From the NCBI GenBank assembly GCA_963787255.1, contig CAWBCJ010000029.1, positions 416,001 to 480,000 on the forward strand: 64,000 bases of DNA, in the 5' to 3' direction. The position numbers and the translations under genes are program-made. Of the stretch, positions 10,955-21,312 are shown piece by piece. The notes under the pieces were generated by a model. The model saw only the letters and a program-made list of their open reading frames with translations, did not search any database and was not told the DNA's origin. The DNA is from Methanobacteriota archaeon (GTDB lineage Archaea; Methanobacteriota; Methanobacteria; Methanobacteriales; Methanobacteriaceae). The stretch's first letter is position 1. Each line of letters starts with the position of its first letter.

Positions 10955-11722
10955 TTATTTTTGCTTAATAACGAAACTGCAGTATTCGTCTCCTTTAGCA
11001 TAGCATTTAACTTCGTCAACACATACTTCATGGCCGAAATATTCTGTAAATATTGTTTTTAAAATACCAGAATCGAATGCACATGCAGATCTACCAATTT
11101 TAGGCAGATCTTCACACTCAAAACAGTCGTAAGCGTTTATTACTAATGGATCAACACTTTTAACTTCAATTCTTCCCAATTTATTGTTTTCCCAAAATTC
11201 AGCAATATTTTCAACAAATTTATCCAATTTTTCAGCTTTAAGATCAGTATACAATGTTTTTCCAATACTTATACCTGCATCATGCAGCAATGGATCAATA
11301 TTAATCCCTTCTTTAAGCAAAGCTACTCTTATTGTTCTAAATAACAGGCGGTAAAATTCAAAGGGGTTTTTATAATCCGAAAGTGTAAATGATAAGTCGA
11401 TTTTTTTTTCATCCAGTTCTTTTTGAGTTGAAACGCCGCCTAAATATCTTGATTTTATATAAAATATTTTTCTCCTGCGGTCTTTTGGATCTGGCTTTTC
11501 ACCAATTATTCCTTCATCAACAAGAGCTTGTAGATGCTCTGAAACGGTTGATTTTGATTTACCAGTATGTTGTACAATTTTATCAAAATTCATCTCATTA
11601 TCTTTTAGCAGAGAAACAATTTTGGCCTTCATAGGACTTTTTATTATATTTATACCGTTATCTGTAGAGAAAAATTCAACATTGGTTTTTTGTTCTCCTT
11701 TTTCTACTTTTTTTGGCACCAC
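10955..11722 (-). CDS. msvR: MsvR redox-sensing regulator (ArsR-type HTH + V4R domain)
   Basis: HTH KSKSTVSEHL; V4R cysteines CFEC, CAFD, KC....D.YC; divergent from fprA as in the characterised Methanothermobacter locus. Confidence 0.88.
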   Translation of the reverse strand: MVPKKVEKGEQKTNVEFFSTDNGINIIKSPMKAKIVSLLKDNEMNFDKIVQHTGKSKSTVSEHLQALVDEGIIGEKPDPKDRRRKIFYIKSRYLGGVSTQKELDEKKIDLSFTLSDYKNPFEFYRLLFRTIRVALLKEGINIDPLLHDAGISIGKTLYTDLKAEKLDKFVENIAEFWENNKLGRIEVKSVDPLVINAYDCFECEDLPKIGRSACAFDSGILKTIFTEYFGHEVCVDEVKCYAKGDEYCSFVIKQK

Positions 11723-11765
11723 TTTTTTAACCTCGTACTAATATTGAACATCATTCGATATAATT

Positions 11766-11801
11766 GTTCGGAAATATAGGTACATTCGGGTAAATCCGAA
11801 C
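11766..11801. promoter_or_regulatory. MsvR operator module 1
   Basis: GTTCG-N8-GGTA-CATTCG-N8-CGAAC; contains a perfect TTCG-N8-CGAA at 11785-11800. Confidence 0.8.
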
Positions 11802-11822
11802 AGAAAAATATATATACAATTA

Positions 11823-11858
11823 GTTCGGATATAACCATACATTCGCAAGAAACCAAAC
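11823..11858. promoter_or_regulatory. MsvR operator module 2, downstream of the fprA TATA box
   Basis: GTTCG-N8-CATA-CATTCG-N8-CAAAC, a direct repeat of module 1; TATA-like ATATATAT at ~11808-11815. Confidence 0.72.
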
Positions 11859-11879
11859 AGATAATTGGAGGATTAAGTT

Positions 11880-13100
11880 ATGAAAGCAGAGTCAATAAAA
11901 ATTGGAGAAGGAACTTATTGGGTAGGTGTTTTGGACTGGGACATTAGAACATATCACGGTTACACACTTAACGGGACAAGTTATAACGCTTATATGGTAT
12001 TTGGAGAAGATAAAGTAGCTTTAATAGATAACTCATATCCTGGAACCTTTCCTGAAATGATGGCACGAATAGAAGATGCCCTAAAAAAAGAGGGAAGATC
12101 AAAAATTGACGTAATTGTGCAAAACCACGTTGAAAAGGATCACAGTGGGCTTTTACCAGAATTACATAAAAAATATCCAGAAGCACCAGTATACTGTACT
12201 AAAATTGCTGTAGAAGGGCTAAAAAAGCACTTTCCGGCAGTTTCAGATGTTAATTTCATTACAGTAGGTACCGGTGAGACATTAGATTTAGGAGGAAAGA
12301 CTCTTGCATTCTTAGAAGCATTTTTACTGCACTGGCCGGACAGTATGTTTACTTTACTTGCTGAAGAAGGCATATTATTCCCTAACGACGCATTTGGTCA
12401 GCATTTATGCTTTGCACAACGTTATGACCATGAAATACCAGAATACGTGCTCATGGAAGGTGCAAAAAAGTTTTATGCTAACCTGATAACTCCATTATCT
12501 AAACTAGTACTTAAAAAATTCCAGGAAGTCCAGGATTTAGGTCTTTTAGAGCAAATTAAGATGATTGCACCATCTCATGGGCAAATATGGACAGATCCAA
12601 TGAAAGTCATAGGCGCCTACAGCGACTGGGCAACAGGAAACTGCAAAGATAAAGTAACAATTATTTACGATACCATGCACGGTTCAACTCAGAAATTGGC
12701 CCATGCATTTGCAGAAGGTGTTATTAGTGAAGGAGTAGACGTAAAAATGTATTATCTCCACGAGGATGAAAGAAGCGAAATCGTGAAGGACATTTTAGAT
12801 AGTAAAGCTATCGCTCTTGGAGCACCTACAATTTATGATGAACCATTCCCAAGTGTAGGAGACATAATTTACTACCTTAGGGGACTTAAATTCAATAGAA
12901 CAGGTATAGAACGCCTTGCAGTGACATTTGGATCCATGGGCGGCCAAGGTGGAGCTCCAAAAACTCTTGCCGAAGATTTAAAAACATGTGGATTCAATGT
13001 GAAAGACCAGTATGAAGTTTACTATGTCCCTAATGCAGATGAACTGGAACAGTGCTTCCAAACAGGTAAAAAACTAGCTCAAGAGATTAAAAAACTCTAA
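11880..13100 (+). CDS. fprA: Flavodiiron protein FprA (F420H2 oxidase type)
   Basis: HVEKDH di-iron motif, LHWPD, NDAFGQH, PSHG, flavodoxin domain YDTMHGST. Confidence 0.95.
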   Translation: MKAESIKIGEGTYWVGVLDWDIRTYHGYTLNGTSYNAYMVFGEDKVALIDNSYPGTFPEMMARIEDALKKEGRSKIDVIVQNHVEKDHSGLLPELHKKYPEAPVYCTKIAVEGLKKHFPAVSDVNFITVGTGETLDLGGKTLAFLEAFLLHWPDSMFTLLAEEGILFPNDAFGQHLCFAQRYDHEIPEYVLMEGAKKFYANLITPLSKLVLKKFQEVQDLGLLEQIKMIAPSHGQIWTDPMKVIGAYSDWATGNCKDKVTIIYDTMHGSTQKLAHAFAEGVISEGVDVKMYYLHEDERSEIVKDILDSKAIALGAPTIYDEPFPSVGDIIYYLRGLKFNRTGIERLAVTFGSMGGQGGAPKTLAEDLKTCGFNVKDQYEVYYVPNADELEQCFQTGKKLAQEIKKL

Positions 13101-13147
13101 AAATTAGTCTAATCAAAAAAAATAAAAGTATTTAGGAGGAATTAATT

Positions 13148-13564
13148 ATGGAAATAATAAACGAACATCAGATTGGAATTTGTAAAGGAACAGATTTAGA
13201 AAAAGCAGTACAGGCCAACTTCAATGGTGAATGCCAGGAAGTAGGAATGTATCTGGCAATGGCAAGACTAGCACAAAGAGAAGGAATGCCAGAAGTAGCA
13301 GAAGTGCTTAAAACAATTGCCTGGGAAGAAGCAGAGCACGCATCCCATTTTGCTGAAATGAACGGCGTAATTAAACCTTCACTTAAAGAAAACCTGGAAA
13401 TGATGATTGAAGGCGAAACAATGGCCAATAATGAGAAAAAAGCAGCAGCTAAACTGGCCAAAGAGTGTGATATTGACCCTGCACATGATTTCTTTGATGA
13501 AAGTTCCAGGGACGAAGGTAGACACGCTAAAATGTTACAAGGGATTTTGGAGAGATACTTTTAA
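13148..13564 (+). CDS. Rubrerythrin-like ferritin-fold protein (no rubredoxin domain)
   Basis: [24 protein letters not shown] and DEGRH di-iron motifs. Confidence 0.88.
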   Translation: MEIINEHQIGICKGTDLEKAVQANFNGECQEVGMYLAMARLAQREGMPEVAEVLKTIAWEEAEHASHFAEMNGVIKPSLKENLEMMIEGETMANNEKKAAAKLAKECDIDPAHDFFDESSRDEGRHAKMLQGILERYF

Positions 13565-13679
13565 GTTTTGTCGTTGCTTACTACCCCTCCACCTCTCCTT
13601 TCCCTTTTTTAATTCTTTAAGGTGGATTTACATCGCGTTTTGCTCATTAATTGCGTTAAAAATAAACTATTTAAATCAA

Positions 13680-14453
13680 TTATTCACTTTTTTCTATAAC
13701 AAAACAGCAGTATTTATCGCCCATGGCGTAACATTTTGTTTCGTCAACCTTTCTTTTATCCTTAAAATAAGCCGAAAATAGTGCTTTTAAAATACCAGAA
13801 TCGAATGCACAGGCCGGTTTTCCAAGATAAGGCAAATGTCTGCATTCGTAACATTCAGAAACATTAATTACCAATGGATCAAGGCTCTGCACTTCTACAT
13901 CACCCAGATAATGTGTTTCCCAGAACCCTGCGATATTTTGCAGGAATTTAGTTATATCGGGATCATATACTCTTTCATAAAGTGCTTTGCCCACATTTAT
14001 ACCTGCTTCGTGAAGTATGGGGTCAATATTTACTCCCTGACTAATTAAACCAACCCTTATGGTTTTAAACATTAATCTGAAAAATTCAAATGGGTCTCCA
14101 TCACTCATAACGTAACTAGATACGTAATCTTCGATATCATCACCTAATTTTTTCTCCCTGGATAAATCGCCTAAATATTCAGAGCTTATGAAAAATATTT
14201 TCTTTCGTGCGTCTTTAGGGTCTGGTTTGGAATCAATTATTCCTTCAGTTATCAGCTTTTTCAGGTGAACGGATACTGTAGATTTTGCTTTTCCAGATAA
14301 TTCCACTATCTGGTCAAAACTTAGCTCTCCTTCCCTGAGCATTGATAATATTTTAGTTTTTACAGGGCTATCTATGGCTCGAACACCTTTTGATGTTGCA
14401 AAAAGTTCTATTTGCGTGTTTTCGTAATCTTTTTTTTCATTCATATCATTCAT
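13680..14453 (-). CDS. Second MsvR-like regulator (ArsR HTH + V4R)
   Basis: Paralog of 10955..11722: [33 protein letters not shown]. Confidence 0.88.
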   Translation of the reverse strand: MNDMNEKKDYENTQIELFATSKGVRAIDSPVKTKILSMLREGELSFDQIVELSGKAKSTVSVHLKKLITEGIIDSKPDPKDARKKIFFISSEYLGDLSREKKLGDDIEDYVSSYVMSDGDPFEFFRLMFKTIRVGLISQGVNIDPILHEAGINVGKALYERVYDPDITKFLQNIAGFWETHYLGDVEVQSLDPLVINVSECYECRHLPYLGKPACAFDSGILKALFSAYFKDKRKVDETKCYAMGDKYCCFVIEKSE

Positions 14454-14598
14454 TAGAATATTTCTCTCACATTTTTGGTTTTGAACGATTTATAATCATT
14501 ATTCAGCTTGGAGGTCATTTCTATCCATTTTTTTTATTTAATTATTCTTGTGATCTGGCTGGTTAAAACTATGATCACAGTAACTTATATATACTACT

Positions 14599-14634
14599 GT
14601 TCGTATACAATAAAACATTCGTAATTGGACGAAC
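14599..14634. promoter_or_regulatory. MsvR-type operator module in the hcp promoter
   Basis: GTTCG-N8-AAAA-CATTCG-N8-CGAAC immediately downstream of TATA box CTTATATA (14584-14591). Confidence 0.75.
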
Positions 14635-14656
14635 GTTAAAATATTGGAGGAATGTT

Positions 14657-16020
14657 ATGAAACTATTTAGAAGGAATAATTCGCAATCAGAAGGATGCGG
14701 GAATTCAATGCCCGTTGAAGAAAAATTGGACATGTTCTGTTATCAATGCTCCCAAACAGCAAAAGGAACCGGCTGTACAGTAAGAGGAGTATGTGGAAAA
14801 GAGCCAACAGTCGCAAGACTCCAAGATAATCTTTTATTTGCAATTAAAGGGATATCAGCTTACCTTTACCACGCAAGAGAATTAGGTTACACAGATCCAG
14901 AAGTTGATGGATTTTTAGAAAGGGGATTTTACTGCTACACTAACCAATGTAAATCAGGATGCAGGTGAATTCGTTAAACTGGCTCTTGAAGCTGGTGAAA
15001 TGAACATAAAAACAATGCAGCTTCTAAAGAAAGCACATATAGAGACTTATGGCGAACCAGAACCAACAGAGGTAAGCACAGGAACCAAAAAAGGCCATGC
15101 AATTGTTGCAACTGGACACAGCCTAAAAGCACTATATGAACTATTAAAACAAACTGAAGGAACTGGAATTAATGTTTACACTCATTCAGAGCTTCTACCC
15201 GCACATGGATACCCTGAATTTAAAAAATTCGACCATCTTGTTGGCCAGCTTGGAGGTCCATGGTTCGATCAAAGAACAACATTTTCCAAATATCCTGTTG
15301 CAATTCTTAGGAACATCAAACTGTGTATTAACACCTAAAGATGATTACAAAGAAAGAATGTTCACATCAGGAGTAGCACAATTACCTGGAGTACAACACA
15401 TTGAAAACTATGATTTCACACCTTTAATTGAAAAGGCAAAATCATTACCAGAACTAGAAGAAGAAGCAGGAGAAAAAGTATTCACAACTGGATTTGGAGC
15501 TTCAACAGTACTTTCACTCGCACCAAAAATAAAAGAACTGGTAGAAGCTGGAAAAATCAGAAGATTCTTTGTTGTTGGCGGATGCGACTCACCATTACCT
15601 AAAACACAGTATTACCGGGAATTTGTACAGAACTTACCAGAAGACACAGTCGTATTAACCCTAGCATGTGGTAAATACAGATTCAATGACCTTGTACTTG
15701 GAGATATCGAAGGAATTCCAAGATTAATAGATTTAGGGCAGTGTAACGACGCAATAGTTGGAATTGACATTGTAGCAGCTTTATCTGAACTCTTCGGCCT
15801 TGAAATAAACGATCTTCCTCTGACATTTGTTTTAAGCTGGATGGAACAAAAAGCAGCAGCAATACTGTGGAGCCTACTAGCACTGGGAATTAAAGGAATT
15901 TACCTTGGCCCAATTGTCCCTGCATGGATAAACGAGGATATTTTAAACGTTCTTGTTGAAAACTACGATATCAAGACACTTGGAGATCCGCAAGAGGATA
16001 TTAAGGCAATCTTAGGATAA
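14657..16020 (+). CDS. hcp: Hybrid cluster protein (hydroxylamine reductase), short class III-type; two 1-nt insertions (~14933, ~15308)
   Basis: [12 protein letters not shown]...[50 protein letters not shown] spread over three frames. Confidence 0.93.
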
Positions 16021-16083
16021 TTTCCTTTCTTATTTTTTAATTTAAGGAAATTATTTTTCTATAAGTAATTTAAAAAGGGATGA

Positions 16084-16105
16084 TGGTGAAAATTCATCTT
16101 CACCA
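16084..16105. terminator. Hairpin between convergent hcp and NADH oxidase genes
   Basis: TGGTGAA-N8-TTCACCA inverted repeat with flanking T/A runs. Confidence 0.4.
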
Positions 16106-16109
16106 CTTT

Positions 16110-17465
16110 TTAATCCTCATTTATTTCTTTCAATTTATCGCAGGCATCTTCAGCAGCAAGAATTATGGGATCTATAACCATGGAAACGGGTGGAGCATAT
16201 GAAAATTCCATTGCTGCCAACTCTGAGCATGTAATGTCCTTTGCTATTGCTAGAGACATTGTATCTATCCTTTCAGCTACTCTCTCTTCTGCAATTATCT
16301 GGCAGCCGATAATCCTGCCTTTAAGATCGCATATTATTTTTACATCGATCCTTTTTGCTCCAGGGTAATAACGTGCTTTAGTAAGCGCTTTACTCTTTCC
16401 AGAAATCACTTCTATACCGTTTTGAAGTGCAAAAGTCCTTGTAACTCCCACTGCACCAAATTCAAGGTTTCCAATCTTTGAAACCATTGAATTTAACACC
16501 GGTTTGAATTCGGCTTTTATACCTGCGATGTTTTTGGAAGCAATTTTACCCTGCCTTACAGCAGCTGTTCCGAGTGGAGATTGGGTATTATGGCCAGTTA
16601 TAGCGTCAATTACTTCTACACAGTCTCCAACAGCATATATGTTAGGTACGGAAGTTTGCATCCTTTCATTTACAATAATTGCCCATTTTCCAAGTTCGCA
16701 CCCTGCCATCTTTGCAAGTTTAGTTTGAGGCCTTACCCCTGTGGCCATTATCACCATATCTGCATCCAGAGTTTCATCTCCAATAATAATACCTTCGACA
16801 TGTTCTTTCCCAACTATTTTTTCAAGTGGCTTTCCAAGTAGAACGTTAATACTCTCTTTTTCCATATAATTTTGAACAATTTCTGCCATGCTTGGATCTA
16901 ATGATCTCGGAACGATCTGGGGCACCATTTCGATTACAGTAACTTCAAGACCTATTTTCATAAGCCCATAAGCAGTTTCAAGACCTATTAAACCTGCTCC
17001 AATAACAACTACTTTTTTACTTTTTTCGGCATATTCTTTGATTTTAAACCCATCTTCTATGGTTCTAATCTTGAAAACACCTTCTAAATCATTTCCTTTG
17101 ACTGGGGGGATGAAAGAAGTTGCACCGGTTGCTATTACCAGATAATCGTAGGTTAATTCTTTCTCATCTGGGTTATCTTCACTTATTAATCTGTATTTTA
17201 TCTTATTTTTTTCACTATCAACTTTAAAGACTTCTGCACGAGTTATAATATTGATGTCCCTTTCAAGGTAATCTTCAGGTTGATGCATTATGATATCATC
17301 GAAACATTCAACTTCCCCACATAAAACATAGGGTATTGCACATGGGGAGTATGCAATGTGTTTATCCATTGTTATCACGGTTATTTCCGCGTTTTTATCG
17401 TATTTTCTCATGTTTGAAGCAGCGGTTAGCCCTCCAGCTCCGCCCCCTATTATGACGATATTCAT
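16110..17465 (-). CDS. NADH oxidase / CoA-disulfide reductase family flavoprotein
   Basis: IIGGGAGG, redox Cys YSPCAIPY, GAGLIGLE, YAVGDC, C-terminal YAPP. Confidence 0.9.
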   Translation of the reverse strand: MNIVIIGGGAGGLTAASNMRKYDKNAEITVITMDKHIAYSPCAIPYVLCGEVECFDDIIMHQPEDYLERDINIITRAEVFKVDSEKNKIKYRLISEDNPDEKELTYDYLVIATGATSFIPPVKGNDLEGVFKIRTIEDGFKIKEYAEKSKKVVVIGAGLIGLETAYGLMKIGLEVTVIEMVPQIVPRSLDPSMAEIVQNYMEKESINVLLGKPLEKIVGKEHVEGIIIGDETLDADMVIMATGVRPQTKLAKMAGCELGKWAIIVNERMQTSVPNIYAVGDCVEVIDAITGHNTQSPLGTAAVRQGKIASKNIAGIKAEFKPVLNSMVSKIGNLEFGAVGVTRTFALQNGIEVISGKSKALTKARYYPGAKRIDVKIICDLKGRIIGCQIIAEERVAERIDTMSLAIAKDITCSELAAMEFSYAPPVSMVIDPIILAAEDACDKLKEINED

Positions 17466-17616
17466 TTATTTTTTTCTCCTTTTGGAATTAAATTCCATGA
17501 TTTTTTGTAATTTCTGTAGAGTTAATATAATTTTGTATGAAATTATTGATTTGATCATACTTTTAATTTTTTTTGTTTGATTTTAGAAGAATTTATATGC
17601 TACTTCAGACATTTTT

Positions 17617-17640
17617 AATATATCGATATATTTGGATATA
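17617..17640. promoter_or_regulatory. Putative ArsR operator upstream of arsM
   Basis: Perfect 16-bp palindrome AATATATCGATATATT (17617-17632) overlapping ATATCGA-N6-TGGATAT, downstream of TATA TTTATATG (~17592). Confidence 0.5.
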
Positions 17641-17672
17641 TAGAATTAATTAAATTTCAAAAGGTGCCTATA

Positions 17673-18434
17673 ATGAAGGAAAAAGAAATTAAAGAATTTG
17701 TAAAGGAAAGATACTCAAAAATAGCATCTAAAGAAGAACAATCTTGTTGCTCATCATGTTCCTGTGGGTCTGATTTAGTGATTGAACAAGCTAAATCTGC
17801 AGGTTATACTATGGAAGACCTCAAAAGCATACCTGAAGACGCTATTTTCGGACTCGGATGTGGAAACCCTACAGCACTTGCAGAATTAAAAGAAGGTGAA
17901 ACAGTTTTAGACCTTGGATCCGGTGGAGGAATAGACGTTTTTCTTGCAGCAAACAAAGTAGGCGAAACTGGAAAGGTCATCGGAGTTGATATAACTGAAG
18001 AAATGGTGAAAAATGCCAATGAAAATGCTCGTGAAGGTAATTATCAAAATGTTGAGTTTAAACTAGGTGAAATAGAAAATTTACCCATTGATGATAATTC
18101 AATCGATGTTATAATAAGTAATTGCGTCATTAACCTTACACTTGATAAATTAGCTGCTTATAAAGAATCTTTCAGGGTTTTAAAGCCAAAAGGACGTATT
18201 TTAGTTTCAGACATTGTAACTGAGGGAGAACTTCCCGAAGATATAAGAAAAAGTTTCAAAGCATGGTCTGAATGTATTGCAGGTGCTATGGAAAAACAGC
18301 CATATCTTGATACAATAAAAAAAGCAGGATTCACTGATATTGAAATTGTTGAGCAGCACTATTTTACAGAGCCCGGTATGGATGAGCGATTAATAAGCAA
18401 AATAACAAGCATTCAAGTTAAAGCTAGTAAATAG
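17673..18434 (+). CDS. arsM: Arsenite S-adenosylmethionine methyltransferase
   Basis: VKERYSKIA, SCC, GLGCGNP, LDLGSGGGID, ISNCVINL, WSECIAGA. Confidence 0.95.
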   Translation: MKEKEIKEFVKERYSKIASKEEQSCCSSCSCGSDLVIEQAKSAGYTMEDLKSIPEDAIFGLGCGNPTALAELKEGETVLDLGSGGGIDVFLAANKVGETGKVIGVDITEEMVKNANENAREGNYQNVEFKLGEIENLPIDDNSIDVIISNCVINLTLDKLAAYKESFRVLKPKGRILVSDIVTEGELPEDIRKSFKAWSECIAGAMEKQPYLDTIKKAGFTDIEIVEQHYFTEPGMDERLISKITSIQVKASK

Positions 18435-18681
18435 GAGAGATGTAAAGGAATTTTTTTTTCCAGCTAAAAAATTCTCATACATGATGTACAAGTATATGGA
18501 AGATAATAAATGCGGGTGTAGATGTGAAGATGAATAATATGTGAATGAATTATCTAAAAATAATCAGGATGAACCAGAAGAAGCTACAGAATACGTGGCC
18601 TCATAATAACTCATGAATTAGGTCCAATACAAAAAATTTCAGCTATATTCGTCAGTATAGTAAATTTATCAAGGTGATTTT

Positions 18682-19038
18682 GTGAAAACATGTGAAATTA
18701 CAGGCCAAGGAGAACCCTGTAATGACCAGATTAAAAAATTGAAAAAAAATTTAGATAAAATACCAGATTATGAAGGATTAGAAAATATATCAGAACGATT
18801 TAAAGCAATTTCTGATCCAACAAGACTTAAAATATTGTATCTACTTCAAAATGGAGAATTATGCGTTTGTGAAATAAATACTGCTCTTGAAAAGCCCCAA
18901 TCCACCATTTCCCATCATTTAAATGTGCTTAAAAATGCGGGTTTTATCAAAGGACGAAAAGACGGGCTCTGGATACACTATAAATTATCAAATTCTTCAA
19001 TAATTGAATTAATAGAAAAAATACTGGAAATAATTTAA
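18682..19038 (+). CDS. arsR: ArsR/SmtB metalloregulator
   Basis: DPTRLKIL, ELCVCEI, QSTISHHL. Confidence 0.9.
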   Translation: MKTCEITGQGEPCNDQIKKLKKNLDKIPDYEGLENISERFKAISDPTRLKILYLLQNGELCVCEINTALEKPQSTISHHLNVLKNAGFIKGRKDGLWIHYKLSNSSIIELIEKILEII

Positions 19039-19064
19039 ACATAATTAAAAAGGAGACTTTTATT

Positions 19065-19439
19065 GTGGATTTTGAAAAAATTTCAATTTGTCCATGTAAT
19101 GGGATGAGCCCCTACGGACTGATTGCCCGTGCAGCATGTTCAGATATAGTAGAAGAGTCATCAAACTTAATTTCCATATGCATTACCGCCACTTCTGCTG
19201 ATAAAGAGGGTTTTAAAGATATAATTAAAAAGTACCCCATAGTCGCAGTTAATGGCTGCGAACACCAGTGTGTGGATAAAATAATGGAAAATAAAGGAGT
19301 TAAAATGGCCAAGAGTATGAATGTCATGGGTCCTCTCCAGGAAAAGAACCTTCAACCAGGAGAAGTCGCTCGACTGGGCGAATCCGGCGAAGAATGCGTG
19401 GTAGAAATTAAAAAGAAGATTAAGGAATTAATAGAATAA
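19065..19439 (+). CDS. DGC-domain putative zinc-binding protein
   Basis: CPCNG.S..G, SIC, AVNGC...C motif pattern. Confidence 0.8.
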   Translation: MDFEKISICPCNGMSPYGLIARAACSDIVEESSNLISICITATSADKEGFKDIIKKYPIVAVNGCEHQCVDKIMENKGVKMAKSMNVMGPLQEKNLQPGEVARLGESGEECVVEIKKKIKELIE

Positions 19440-19461
19440 TTTAATAGTTCATGATGATGCC

Positions 19462-19872
19462 ATGTCCAAGAAAAAAGTCCTATTTATCTGCAAAAATAAC
19501 TCTGGCCGATCTCAAATAGCCGAAGGTCTCTTAAAACACATTCATGGAGATAAATATGACGTATACAGTGCAGGAATTGACCCTAGAGAGATTAACCCCA
19601 TAACCATTGAAGTAATGGCCGAAATTGGAATTAATATCTCTAATCATTCATCCCAGCATCTTAAAGAATTCCAGGGGCAAGAATTTGGCTATGTGGTAAC
19701 TCTCTGCGGGAATGATGATGAATCATGCCCGGTATTTTTAGGTGGCGAAAAATATATTCATCAAGGATTTAAGGATCCTGTCACCTACATTGATGCTAAT
19801 ATGGAAAAAATAGACGTTTTTAGAATTATTAGAGATGAAATTAAGGAATGGATTGAAAAGAATTTTAAGTAA
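19462..19872 (+). CDS. arsC: Arsenate reductase, LMW-PTP (thioredoxin-type) family
   Basis: CKNNSGRSQ P-loop, VTLC......CP, F.DP, FR.IRDEI. Confidence 0.92.
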   Translation: MSKKKVLFICKNNSGRSQIAEGLLKHIHGDKYDVYSAGIDPREINPITIEVMAEIGINISNHSSQHLKEFQGQEFGYVVTLCGNDDESCPVFLGGEKYIHQGFKDPVTYIDANMEKIDVFRIIRDEIKEWIEKNFK

Positions 19873-19904
19873 TTAGATTATTAAAAACCAAGGAAGTATA
19901 AATC

Positions 19905-20561
19905 ATGTTGAAAATAGCTATTGTAACTGACGGGCCATATGGAGAAAGAGCTTATGAGCATATAAGTAAAGAATTTGATACTGAGTTCATAGAGCTTGAA
20001 CAACCAACTTCAATGTTTGCAGATGATATTGAAATTCCAGAAGACAATATAAAAAAAATTCAGGCTGCTGATATATTGATAACTTATACTTTACATCCTG
20101 ATCTAACTCTTGATCTTGTTGAAATGCTCCATGATAAAGTAGAATGGGTAATAGTGGCTGCATGGAGGGGAGAAGGCTTTAAAAACCAGATTGAAAGGTT
20201 GGGAAATGTTACATGCCCTGAAAACATGTGTGATCTAGAGGAGAATGGTAATCCTATATTTGATGAATTTGTATCCAAGTTTGGAAGGCCTATTGTTCGA
20301 ATTAACTGCCAGGGAGACAAAATAGTTGATATAGAAGTTCTGCGTAGTTCTCCATGTGGATCCACATTTTTTGTTGCAGAAGAGATGATTGGACAGGATT
20401 TAGAGGATTTACCAATTAAAGCAGGTCTTAAGCTGCAGCATTATCCCTGCAGAGCTCCAAAGATGAGATTATTTGCTGATGATGAATGTAAAAAGGAAAT
20501 GGCGGCTAATTTTCATAAAGAAGCCTTTGAAGAAGCAATAGAAAAGAAGAAAGAGAAGTAG
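19905..20561 (+). CDS. DUF166 family protein
   Basis: [33 protein letters not shown]. Confidence 0.8.
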   Translation: MLKIAIVTDGPYGERAYEHISKEFDTEFIELEQPTSMFADDIEIPEDNIKKIQAADILITYTLHPDLTLDLVEMLHDKVEWVIVAAWRGEGFKNQIERLGNVTCPENMCDLEENGNPIFDEFVSKFGRPIVRINCQGDKIVDIEVLRSSPCGSTFFVAEEMIGQDLEDLPIKAGLKLQHYPCRAPKMRLFADDECKKEMAANFHKEAFEEAIEKKKEK

Positions 20562-20580
20562 CTTTCCATTAAAAATATCA

Positions 20581-20754
20581 TTTACAGCTGCAAGTAACAA
20601 TTTTGAGCTTGCAATCGCTGTTCAAATTGCAGTTTTTGGAAGAGGATTGGGTACAGCATTTGCAACGGTAATTAGCCATCTAATTGAAGTTCCAGTTTTA
20701 ATAGGCCTTGGAAATGTGGCGTTACATATTCCCGAGACATTATATTTACAATAG
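20581..20754 (+). pseudogene. acr3: C-terminal relic of the Acr3 arsenite exporter
   Basis: Manual translation [48 protein letters not shown] matches the Acr3 signature SNNFELA.AVA...FG...GPL.EVPV; no start codon or N-terminal part. Confidence 0.88.
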
Positions 20755-20883
20755 TAACCAATTCCCAATTAAAAAACATTTAGCATTTTTTTTTAAATTA
20801 TTTTAGTTTTGATATGATTTTTCAATATTTTTCATTATTATTCATGGACAATTATTTATTCTAAAAAAGTGTATACTAAAACC

Positions 20884-21255
20884 ATGGAAAAGTCAACTCC
20901 TAAAACATTGACTTTAATATTAACTGAGGGCCCATATCGCTCTCAACATGCAGATATAGCACATGAAATTGCTAATAGTGCTCTAAAGAACAAATATAAT
21001 GTAAACATATTTTTATACATGGATGCAACTCACATTCCACGGAAAGGACAGAATCCGCACTCCTTTCCCAATGTGTTAGAAAAATACAGGAGCCTTATAG
21101 ACCAGGGTGCAAATATAAGGGCATGTGTAAGGTGTGCCACTGCAAGAGGATACGCATGCGACGCTAAATTTCCTTATATTAAAGGGATAACTATAACCAG
21201 CGTTTATGACATCCCAGAATGGATTAAAGAGAGTGATAAGGTCATAAGCTTGTAA
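20884..21255 (+). CDS. DsrE/TusD-like sulfur relay subunit
   Basis: GPY, IFLYMDA, ACVRCATARG with the conserved Cys, ESDKVISL; alternative GTG start at 20869. Confidence 0.85.
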   Translation: MEKSTPKTLTLILTEGPYRSQHADIAHEIANSALKNKYNVNIFLYMDATHIPRKGQNPHSFPNVLEKYRSLIDQGANIRACVRCATARGYACDAKFPYIKGITITSVYDIPEWIKESDKVISL

Positions 21256-21312
21256 TTAAATGTTTAAAATTAATTAGATTTTTATTTCAAAAAAAAGAAG
21301 AAGCTATGAAAA

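Noticed and set aside
14657-16020. Programmed frameshifting or phase variation in hcp, leuC and moeA
   Set aside because: No slippery heptamers or long homopolymers at the sites; uniform +1 insertions across unrelated genes indicate sequencing error
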